Part shown: piece by piece, positions 17,359 to 25,598 of the stretch
How the letters are laid out: each line of letters starts with the position of its first letter
Position numbering within the stretch: position 1 is the stretch's first letter
Assembly: GCA_029941095.1 (NCBI GenBank)
Contig: JAPYRO010000001.1
Span: 6,453 to 34,690 of the forward strand
DNA from: Dehalococcoidia bacterium
Lineage (GTDB): Bacteria > Chloroflexota > Dehalococcoidia > UBA6926
Direction of reading: 5' to 3'
Length of the DNA: 28,238 nucleotides
Notes under the pieces: generated by a model
Told to the model about the DNA's origin: nothing
The model's database searches: none
The model's input: only the letters and a program-made list of their open reading frames with translations
Position numbers and translations under genes: made by a program

Positions 17359-18580
17359 CACCAAAGTACTCACCTCCTTTTTTTAAGGAATCAACAAACC
17401 GGTCGACGTCTTCTTCGTTATTATAAATATAAAAACTTGCCCTTGCAGTAGCAGAAACTCCAAGTCTACGCATAAGTGGCTGCGCACAATGATGGCCGGC
17501 TCGAATCTGAATTCCATCCCAATCCATCATCTGCGCAACATCATGAGGGTGTACTCCTGGAAAATCAAATGCAAGTACACCACCACGAATATCTAAATTT
17601 TCAGGTCCAAAAATCTTTATACTTTGATCAATTTTCTTAACTTGTTCCATAGCATAATTCGTTATATCAATCTCGTGCTTACGAACATTGTGCATACCAA
17701 TGTTTTCCAAATAGTCGATCGCCACACCAAAGGCAGCAACATCAGCAAAATTAGGAGTTCCAGCTTCAAATTTTAATGGCGCTTCTTTCCAGGTAAATCT
17801 ATCCTCGTAGACCTCATCAATCATCTCTCCTCCTCCCAAAAATGGGCGCATTGAAGAGAGGACTTCATCTTTTCCATATAGAACACCTACCCCAGTTGGT
17901 CCCAGCATCTTATGCGCTGAAAATGCGTAAAGATCAACATCTAAATCAACCACATCTACTGGTAAATGGGGTGCCCCTTGTGCTCCATCTACAACAGATA
18001 GAGCTGAAACTTTATTAGCTTTCGCGATGATCTCTTTTATCGGATTAATTGTCCCTAACACATTAGACATATGTGTCAGGGATACTATCTTTGTTTTCTC
18101 CGATATCAATTCATCTAAATTAGATAGATCTAAAGTTCCATCATCATCAAGCGGAATATATTTAATTATGGAACCCATCTCATTACATAAAATCATCCAA
18201 GGAACAATATTAGAATGATGCTCCATAGGAGTAATCAGGATTTCGTCTCCCGGTTTTATATGTTCTCGACCCCATGAATAAGCGACAAGATTCAAAGATT
18301 CAGTTGTGTTCCTTGTAAAAATAATATTTCGCTCTGAACCAGCTTTAATAAATTTCGCGACTTTGTCTCTTGTGGTCTCATAAGCAAGGGTTGATTCTTC
18401 ACTAAGTGTATAAATACCTCTGTGTACATTGGCATTATTATTTCTATAAAAATCAGCCAAAGCATCAATCACTACCGCCGGCTTCTGGGAGGTTGCGGCA
18501 CTATCAAGATAAGTAAGAGGTTTGTCATGAATCAAACGCTCCATAATTGGGAAATCATTCCTGACTGACATCTCTTTCAA
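17345..18580 (-). CDS. sufS: Cysteine desulfurase, SufS (group II)
   Basis: YLDSAATSQKP, NANVHRG, EHHSN, HKMLGPTG, FEAGTP, RAGHHCAQP. Confidence 0.97.
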   Translation of the reverse strand: MKEMSVRNDFPIMERLIHDKPLTYLDSAATSQKPAVVIDALADFYRNNNANVHRGIYTLSEESTLAYETTRDKVAKFIKAGSERNIIFTRNTTESLNLVAYSWGREHIKPGDEILITPMEHHSNIVPWMILCNEMGSIIKYIPLDDDGTLDLSNLDELISEKTKIVSLTHMSNVLGTINPIKEIIAKANKVSALSVVDGAQGAPHLPVDVVDLDVDLYAFSAHKMLGPTGVGVLYGKDEVLSSMRPFLGGGEMIDEVYEDRFTWKEAPLKFEAGTPNFADVAAFGVAIDYLENIGMHNVRKHEIDITNYAMEQVKKIDQSIKIFGPENLDIRGGVLAFDFPGVHPHDVAQMMDWDGIQIRAGHHCAQPLMRRLGVSATARASFYIYNNEEDVDRFVDSLKKGGEYFGDASR

Positions 18581-18632
18581 GAACTCTAACTCCTTTTCAA
18601 ATTAACCTAGATTCCAAAATTAAATCGGATTA

Positions 18633-19415
18633 CTAATCATCTTTTTCCTGACGAACAAGATCATACCCATGAGTTTCAAGATCATGCGCTAATTTAGGTC
18701 CTCCAGATTTAACAATTTGGCCGTCCATCATAACGTTGACGACTGTCGGATCAATATATTCAAGAATCCGAGTATAGTGGGTTATCAATAGAACTCCCAT
18801 ATCAGGGCCTATAAGTTGATTAACTCCATCTGAAACAATTCTAAGTGCATCGATATCTAGCCCCGAATCGGTCTCATCCATTATTGCTAAACTCGGTCGT
18901 AAGACAGCCATCTGTAATATTTCACTTCGTTTTTTTTCTCCACCTGAAAATCCCGTATTAACATAGCGCGTGGCAAATTCACGATCCATACCAAGAGTAT
19001 CCATATGATCATTAACCATTTTACGGAATTCCATTAAAGGCATCTCTTCCTCTAGGCGTGCATTCACCATTTGGCGAATAAAATTTATAAGCGTCACTCC
19101 AGGGATTTCTGTTGGATACTGAGAAGCTAAAAACAAGCCTTTTACCGATCGCTCATCAGGTAACAATAGGCTTATATCTTGGTTATCAAAAATAATTTTT
19201 CCTTTGGTAATTTTATACCTAGGATGTCCCATTAAAGTATTAGCCAAGGTGCTTTTCCCAGAGCCATTTGGTCCCATTACAGCATGGACCTGTCCTTTAG
19301 GAACAGAAAGATTCACCCCATGGAGTATTTCTTTACCCTCAACTTCGACATGAAGATCTTCAATAACTAGAATATTTGTTTTTGAGGCTTTGTTAGTAGA
19401 CACCGCTTTCTCCAT
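18633..19415 (-). CDS. sufC: Fe-S cluster assembly ATPase SufC
   Basis: GPNGSGKSTL, GLFLASQYP.EIPGV, FSGGEKKR.E, DETDSGLDID, ITHYTRIL. Confidence 0.97.
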   Translation of the reverse strand: MEKAVSTNKASKTNILVIEDLHVEVEGKEILHGVNLSVPKGQVHAVMGPNGSGKSTLANTLMGHPRYKITKGKIIFDNQDISLLLPDERSVKGLFLASQYPTEIPGVTLINFIRQMVNARLEEEMPLMEFRKMVNDHMDTLGMDREFATRYVNTGFSGGEKKRSEILQMAVLRPSLAIMDETDSGLDIDALRIVSDGVNQLIGPDMGVLLITHYTRILEYIDPTVVNVMMDGQIVKSGGPKLAHDLETHGYDLVRQEKDD

Positions 19416-19474
19416 TTACTCTTTACTAAAAATGACAAATTTATGTTGGTTTGTCTTTGGATATATTAAAGCTA

Positions 19475-20866
19475 TTATTTTTCGGCAATTCCAGTCTCAG
19501 TCATCGTACTCGGATCAAGAATACGATTAAGATCTTTGTCACTTAAATCCGTCATCCTTCTAGAAACCTGTCTAATTGTTTCACCGGTTTTGGCAGCCTC
19601 TTTTGCTATAGCAGCCGCATTATCATACCCTATGACGGGAGCAAGTGCAGTGCAAATTGCTAAACCAGCCTCTACTGACGCAGGACCCTTTTCAGTAGCT
19701 ACAATTCCGTCGATACATTTAGTTCTAAAATTGTCGGCCTCGGACACAAGTAAAGAAATCGATTCAATAAAATTATATGCTGCCACTGGCATCATCACAT
19801 TAAGTTCAAAGTTACTGCCCTGGGCATCGGCAAGGGTTACCGTTAAGTGGTTACCCATAACATGAATTGCTACCTGACATAGGGATTCAGCTATCACTGG
19901 GTTAACCTTACCAGGCATTATAGAAGAGCCTGGTTGAACTTCAGGCAACAATAGTTCTCCGAATCCGGCGCGGGGACCTGAACCAAGCCAACGAATATCA
20001 TTAGCAATTTTTAGCAAACTAACCGCCAAAGTATTAACTGCACTACTAGATTGAACCACTATATTAAGTGTGTTCTGAGCTTGGAAGTGATTAGTGGTCT
20101 CTCTTACATTCAAACCTGTTTGTTGAGATAACAAATCGCATACCTTGGATGCAAATTCTGGCTCTGAACCTATCCCTGTACCAACCGCTGTCCCGCCCAA
20201 TGGCAATTCTGTAAGCTCATTCACTGCCGAAATTAGACGTTCTATCGATCTATGCATCTGACCTGCGTAACCCAAAAATTCTTGGCCCAATCGTATAGGT
20301 GTAGCATCTTGCAAGTGTGTACGCCCTGTTTTGACTACAGACCAAAATTCTTTAGATTTAGTTTCAAAGGAGTCCTTTAATCTAGTTAGCGCAGGAATCA
20401 GATCATTAGAAATCATTTCTGCTGCTGCTAGCTGCATAACACTAGGAATAACATCATTGGATGATTGTCCTCGGTTAACATGATCGTTGGGGTGAACGTT
20501 TTTAGTGCCGTCCTCTCCACCTAATATTTGAATAGCCCGGTTCGCAATAACTTCATTTGCATTCATATTAGTTGAAGTCCCAGAACCTGTTTGGAAAATA
20601 TCTACAACAAAATGTTTATCAAGGGATCCTTCTAGAACTTCTTTAGCTGCTGATACAACAGCGTCTGCTATTTCCTGATCCAATCCTTGTAAGTCTTTAT
20701 TAACCTCTGCAGCAGCCATTTTGAGCATTCCCAAAGATCTAATAAATTGCCTTTGAAAACGAAGTTTACTAATTGGGAAATTGTCGACTGCCCGCTGGGT
20801 TTGCGCACCCCACAAGGCTTCGTCTGGTACTTGCATTTCACCCATTGAGTCTTTTTCAACACGCAT
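19475..20866 (-). CDS. fumC: Class II fumarate hydratase (fumarase/aspartase superfamily)
   Basis: MRVEKDSMGE, QTGSGTSTNMNANEV, HPNDHVN, GRTHLQDA, GSSIMPGKVNP; SD GGAGG. Confidence 0.9.
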   Translation of the reverse strand: MRVEKDSMGEMQVPDEALWGAQTQRAVDNFPISKLRFQRQFIRSLGMLKMAAAEVNKDLQGLDQEIADAVVSAAKEVLEGSLDKHFVVDIFQTGSGTSTNMNANEVIANRAIQILGGEDGTKNVHPNDHVNRGQSSNDVIPSVMQLAAAEMISNDLIPALTRLKDSFETKSKEFWSVVKTGRTHLQDATPIRLGQEFLGYAGQMHRSIERLISAVNELTELPLGGTAVGTGIGSEPEFASKVCDLLSQQTGLNVRETTNHFQAQNTLNIVVQSSSAVNTLAVSLLKIANDIRWLGSGPRAGFGELLLPEVQPGSSIMPGKVNPVIAESLCQVAIHVMGNHLTVTLADAQGSNFELNVMMPVAAYNFIESISLLVSEADNFRTKCIDGIVATEKGPASVEAGLAICTALAPVIGYDNAAAIAKEAAKTGETIRQVSRRMTDLSDKDLNRILDPSTMTETGIAEK

Positions 20867-21026
20867 TTACTAACATTCCTCCAAGTATAACTATTTGGTA
20901 TAAACTCGACTGATCCTGGACATTTCACCAAATGCCATAAAGTGATTATATTCTACAAACCATATACTTGCGTTAAATTATTAACCACGCCGTAATTAAA
21001 CACAATTATAGTCGTGATGCACAGGA

Positions 21027-22304
21027 TCAAGAACGAACATTCCAGTCACCCAATATGATCCATTTATAACTGGTTAATTCCTGAAGTCCCATAGGCCCGC
21101 GCGCATGTAATTTATTAGTACTAATAGCGACTTCGGCACCTAATCCAAACTGCCCACCATCAGTAAACCTAGTAGAAGCATTTACATAAACAGCAGCTGA
21201 ATCAACTTCATTCAAAAACCTCTCTGCATTCTCCTTGTTGTGAGTAAGAATCGCTTCCGAATGATCTCCATGCTGCGCTATATGAGCTATAGCTTCGTCC
21301 ATCGAATCAACAATTTTAATAGCAACGGTTAAAGCAAGAAACTCTTGGCCCCAATCATCGGAGGTTGCCGGTTTAACAACCAATTTAGTATCTCCTGTTA
21401 ACATACCAAACGCTCGTTCGTCCGCATGAACTTCTACAGTTCCTTTTTGACCCCATTTTTTTTCAATTGCGCTCAGTATCTCAGGAGCATTTTCAGAATG
21501 AATTAGGATCGTATCAAGAGCGTTACAAACCGTAGGTCTTTGGACTTTTGCATTATCCAATATACTAACTGCATTTTCGATGTCAACTTTGGAGTCTACA
21601 TAAATATGGCATACACCTACTCCTCCAGTAACTACAGGAACAGACGCATTTTCAGCTACAAATCGTATCAGTTCAGCTCCACCGCGGGGGATCAACAGGT
21701 CTATTCCTCCTCGAAAAGCCAACATTTCTGAAACGATTTTCCTATCAGTCGATTCTATAAGATCTATACATCCATCCGGCAAAGAAGAATTTTTGAGAGC
21801 CCTCTTTATCAGATTAGCAATAGCAACATTAGAATTTATAGCCTCTTTGCCTCCACGTAAAACCGCCGAATTACCTGATTTTATTGCAAGAGTTGATATG
21901 TCTACAGTTACATTGGGTCTACTCTCATAAATTGTTGCAATAACCCCCAGAGGGACCCTTCTTTTTGATATTTTAAGTCCGTTCTCCATCTTTTTTGAGT
22001 CAAAGTCTTCGCCAACCGGATCAGGCAATGAAGCAACGGAACGAGCATCTTCTGCCATAGATTCAATTCTCTCTTCGTTAAGCATCAATCGGTCTAAGTT
22101 TGCTTCAGACAACCCGGATTTCAACCCATCTGAATAATCTACGGAGTTAGCAGCTAAAATATCCTGTTTTGATTCAATTAATAAATCTGCAATCGCCAGT
22201 ATAGTCAGGTTTTTCTCTTCAGTTGAAGCGTGCGCCAAAATACTGGCAGCATCTCTAGCTATTTGAACTTTTTCTTTTAGTTCTTTAGAGATTTCATCAC
22301 TCAT
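21027..22304 (-). CDS. proA: Gamma-glutamyl phosphate reductase
   Basis: PLGVIATIYESRPNVT, CNALDT, HSEAI, VNASTRFTDGGQFGLGAEVAISTNKLHARGPMGL. ATG 22304 follows GAGG. Confidence 0.97.
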   Translation of the reverse strand: MSDEISKELKEKVQIARDAASILAHASTEEKNLTILAIADLLIESKQDILAANSVDYSDGLKSGLSEANLDRLMLNEERIESMAEDARSVASLPDPVGEDFDSKKMENGLKISKRRVPLGVIATIYESRPNVTVDISTLAIKSGNSAVLRGGKEAINSNVAIANLIKRALKNSSLPDGCIDLIESTDRKIVSEMLAFRGGIDLLIPRGGAELIRFVAENASVPVVTGGVGVCHIYVDSKVDIENAVSILDNAKVQRPTVCNALDTILIHSENAPEILSAIEKKWGQKGTVEVHADERAFGMLTGDTKLVVKPATSDDWGQEFLALTVAIKIVDSMDEAIAHIAQHGDHSEAILTHNKENAERFLNEVDSAAVYVNASTRFTDGGQFGLGAEVAISTNKLHARGPMGLQELTSYKWIILGDWNVRS

Positions 22305-22343
22305 AAGATTTCCTCTCGTTACCAAATACTGCTATTCTGTCCT

Positions 22344-23483
22344 CTAAATTAATACCATATTATCAATATGAACTATCTCATCACCGACAAATCTTCCTTC
22401 AAAATTGGGAGACGAAATAATATCTCTCACAGATTCAGACTGTTGCCCTTTAAATAGGTTAACTACGTCTGAAGGATACGCTACTGCACCCCGTGCAATC
22501 GTTGAATTATTAGGATCAACAATTTCCACAACATCTCCTGACCCGAATGAACCTTGAACATTTGTGACACCAATCGCTAACAAACTAGACTTCCCGGTTA
22601 GTAGAGCTTTCGCGGCTCCCTCATCTACAACTAATTTACCTTTCACAAACGCACTTCCGAGAGACCGCCTCCGTGCCCCGGAACTTCTTTTAGGCCAAGG
22701 TTCAAAGAATGTCCCTACATCGTCGCCTTGAATTATTCTATTTAGTACATCATCTTCATATCCACCAGCTATAACAGTCGCCGTCCCCCAAGAAGTCGCT
22801 TCGGCAGCCGCCAGTACTTTACTTGCCATCCCACCTGTACCTTTTGAGCCCGGAATATCATTGACACTCTTCATAATAGCGTCGTTAACACTCGTAATTC
22901 TTTTTATTAATTTCGCTTCAGGGTTTGATCTTGGATCTGAATCAAATAACCCTATTTGGTCAGTTAAAAACACCAGCAGATCTGCCTCTACCAAATTAGC
23001 CACGGCGGCCGATAAATTATCATTATCACCAAAGGATTCATCTATTTCCTCTGTTGCAACTACATCATTCTCATTCACTATCGGAATGACTCCTAAGCCA
23101 AACAACTCTTCTAAAGTACTTCTAGCATTAGATGCGGTTATATTGGATGATAATTCAGCCCTGGTCAACAAAGCCTGCCCTACAATAATCCCATAATCTG
23201 CAAAAAGTTTCGCGTACATTTGCATTAGGTAATTTTGTCCAACAGCTGCTTGAGCCTGAAGCATTTTCAGTGATTTATCCGTCTTTCCTTGGCCTAAAAG
23301 ACCTCTGCCAGCTGCAATAGCACCAGAAGAAACAATTAAAATCTCTAGGTTTTTTGATCTCAAAAACGCAATCTGGCTGACCAAAGAAGCAATGATTTCT
23401 TCTTTGAGCGAATCAGCTTCACCTGTAAGCAAATTCGTGCCCAGCTTGACAACCATTCGACTATATTTCATTATCTCTACCAT
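22344..23483 (-). CDS. proB: Glutamate 5-kinase with C-terminal PUA domain
   Basis: VVKLGT, VSSGAIAAG, NENDVV, FGDND, GTGGMASK, and a PUA region (VDEGA...LLAIGV..V.G.F). Alternative start ATG 23471. Confidence 0.96.
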   Translation of the reverse strand: MVEIMKYSRMVVKLGTNLLTGEADSLKEEIIASLVSQIAFLRSKNLEILIVSSGAIAAGRGLLGQGKTDKSLKMLQAQAAVGQNYLMQMYAKLFADYGIIVGQALLTRAELSSNITASNARSTLEELFGLGVIPIVNENDVVATEEIDESFGDNDNLSAAVANLVEADLLVFLTDQIGLFDSDPRSNPEAKLIKRITSVNDAIMKSVNDIPGSKGTGGMASKVLAAAEATSWGTATVIAGGYEDDVLNRIIQGDDVGTFFEPWPKRSSGARRRSLGSAFVKGKLVVDEGAAKALLTGKSSLLAIGVTNVQGSFGSGDVVEIVDPNNSTIARGAVAYPSDVVNLFKGQQSESVRDIISSPNFEGRFVGDEIVHIDNMVLI

Positions 23484-23573
23484 TTAAATTAAGAAACCCA
23501 AGGGTAATCCCGTAGTTTATCCGCTATTATAACCTCAAAGAGCAAGACTAACCGGGATTCGAGGGGTAAACAA

Positions 23574-24785
23574 ATATTCATCAGCAATTTACATCTAACC
23601 CACTTCCGGAATTACGTAGCGATTAACACGCAATTCCATAAGGGTCTAAACATACTACATGGAAGCAATGGCCAGGGTAAAACAAATTTACTTGAATCGA
23701 TTTCTATGTTACCAACCGGTCGCTCCAGTAAAGCTGCCAATGATCGAGAAACTATTGGATGGACCGCGATAACCGAACCAATACCTTACTCAAGAATTCA
23801 AGCGGAAGTAACTGAAGATTCCATCGTTACAGATATAGAATTAATATTACAGATAAATAATTTGTCTAGTTTAAACAAAGATAAAGATCGCTCAAATGAG
23901 AACTATTTACTGAAAACTGGGAGGCTGCAAAAAGCCCTCAAATTAAATGGCGTTCGCCAAAAAAGAACCAATGGTTCAGGAATAATAAAAGTCGTATCAA
24001 CTGGCCCCGAAGAAGTGTCTTTATTATCGGGGCCTCCATCGGCTAGGAGACGTTTCCTTGAAGACATAAGCGCCCAAACAGATCCTCAATTTTTGGAAAC
24101 CAATCAAAGATATCAAAAGGTCCTTAGCCAAAGAAATGCATTACTAAAACGCATACGGAAACAGCAAAGTGCAAGAACTAATGAAATAAATGCATGGGAA
24201 GAAGAACTAGTAAAACTCGGATCCTATATTTTATATAGTCGTTATCAATTATTGGAATCCATTAAACACCAGCTGGATCAATCTTATAAATACTTATCTG
24301 CAGAATCGGGAGATTTTAATTTAGTTTATATTGACAGTACTGCTTCGTCTGAAAATTCATCTTTGACGAATATAAGCGAAAATTTTGAGAAATCAATCGA
24401 AGAAAACTGGGATAGAGATTTAGCTACCTCAACAACATCCGTAGGGCCTCATAGAGATGACTTTAGAACATTCTTGGACAACAAGGACATCGGGGTTTTT
24501 GGATCAAGAGGTCAGCAGAGGGTAGTGTCTATAGCACTATTTCTAGCAGAAGCTACATATATACAAGTCCAAACAGAAAAGAACCCCATCTTATTATTTG
24601 ATGATCCCCTATCCGAATTAGATACTTTGCACAGAGAGCGATTCCTGGATTTTGGAATTTCCATTGGAGAACAAGTCCTTCTGACCACCGCGGAACCGAC
24701 ATTAATTCCAACAAAAAATAATGCAGCGTCTAATCATTACTCAGTAAATAGAGGTATAATTTCAAAAATGGATAAACCAATTTAA
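23574..24785 (+). CDS. recF: DNA replication/repair protein RecF (apparent ATA start)
   Basis: In frame upstream of the track ATG (23706) is IFISNLHLTHFRNY...GLNILHGSNGQGKTNLLESI, the RecF N-terminus with Walker A. Downstream are GPP..RRRFL, GPHRDD, SRGQQR and LLFDD.LSELD. Confidence 0.93.
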   Translation: MFISNLHLTHFRNYVAINTQFHKGLNILHGSNGQGKTNLLESISMLPTGRSSKAANDRETIGWTAITEPIPYSRIQAEVTEDSIVTDIELILQINNLSSLNKDKDRSNENYLLKTGRLQKALKLNGVRQKRTNGSGIIKVVSTGPEEVSLLSGPPSARRRFLEDISAQTDPQFLETNQRYQKVLSQRNALLKRIRKQQSARTNEINAWEEELVKLGSYILYSRYQLLESIKHQLDQSYKYLSAESGDFNLVYIDSTASSENSSLTNISENFEKSIEENWDRDLATSTTSVGPHRDDFRTFLDNKDIGVFGSRGQQRVVSIALFLAEATYIQVQTEKNPILLFDDPLSELDTLHRERFLDFGISIGEQVLLTTAEPTLIPTKNNAASNHYSVNRGIISKMDKPI

Positions 24786-24806
24786 CGGCACTTGGTAGGT
24801 ATGATT

Positions 24807-25598
24807 ATGACGATAAACGATACAATGTATGCAAAAATTGAAGATACGGCTAGGGCTCTGATGTCGTCCTCTTATGGAACCGCGATAAGTGGTGCAGGAA
24901 TGTCGGCAGAGAGCGGAGTCCCTACTTTCAGAGGTCCAGATGGTCTTTGGACAAAATACGGAGAACCGGATGATTTGGGTTACGAAAAATTCGAACAAGA
25001 CCCAAAACTTTGGTGGGAAACCAGGCTTAGCAGTACCTATATGCCAGAAATGAAAAAAGCCCTAGATGGAGCAAAACCAAATGATGGCCACCTTGCTTTA
25101 GCAAAACTAGAAGAAATGGGCCACATAAATTGTGTGATAACTCAAAATGTGGACGGGCTTCATTCGGAAGCAGGAACTGAAAATATTGTTGAAATACATG
25201 GTAACAATAGATTGCTCCGATGTATCCAATGTGAAAACAGATATACTCCTGAGAATATACCTATGGAAGTGCTCCCTCCAATATGCCCAGACTGCAATGG
25301 TTTGATTAAAATTGATACCGTAATGTTTGGAGAGCCAATTCCAAGATCGGTCTTGTTGAAATGCCAAAACGAATCTTCTCAGACCGATTGCATGCTAATT
25401 TTAGGGACCTCAGGTGTCGTATATCCAGCAGCGGCGTTGCCATCAATAGCAAAATCAAGCAACGGGGCAACGCTAATTGAAATCAATCCCGAACCATCGG
25501 CTTTATCACCTATTTGTGATATCGTGATCCAAGCCCCAACTGGAGTTGCATTACCTGCTCTAGTAGAACTTTTAGAGATGGAGGATAGCAGCTCATGA
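24807..25598 (+). CDS. NAD-dependent protein deacylase (sirtuin, Sir2/CobB family)
   Basis: GAGMSAESGVPTFRG, TQNVDGLH, EIHGN, CxxC...CxxC, GTSGVVYPAA, EINPE. Start is uncertain (24792, 24801 or 24807). Confidence 0.95.
   Translation: MTINDTMYAKIEDTARALMSSSYGTAISGAGMSAESGVPTFRGPDGLWTKYGEPDDLGYEKFEQDPKLWWETRLSSTYMPEMKKALDGAKPNDGHLALAKLEEMGHINCVITQNVDGLHSEAGTENIVEIHGNNRLLRCIQCENRYTPENIPMEVLPPICPDCNGLIKIDTVMFGEPIPRSVLLKCQNESSQTDCMLILGTSGVVYPAAALPSIAKSSNGATLIEINPEPSALSPICDIVIQAPTGVALPALVELLEMEDSSS

Noticed and set aside
12709-18218. ORFs 12709-13047, 13605-13808, 15362-15562, 16632-16847 and 18027-18218
   Set aside because: Antisense shadows of the MBL, lysA, holB, SPFH and sufS genes.
20668-20931. 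87-aa same-strand ORF overlapping the fumC start, as a possible regulatory uORF
   Set aside because: No SD and no motif, while fumC has its own strong GGAGG; likely a chance frame.
21027-23483. proBA without proC
   Set aside because: proC is commonly unlinked, so this is ordinary.
23484-23573. LexA/SOS box upstream of recF
   Set aside because: No GAAC-N4-GTTC-like palindrome was seen.
23574-24785. recF as an N-terminally truncated pseudogene
   Set aside because: The missing N-terminus is present in frame with no stop or frameshift; only the start codon is atypical (see findings).
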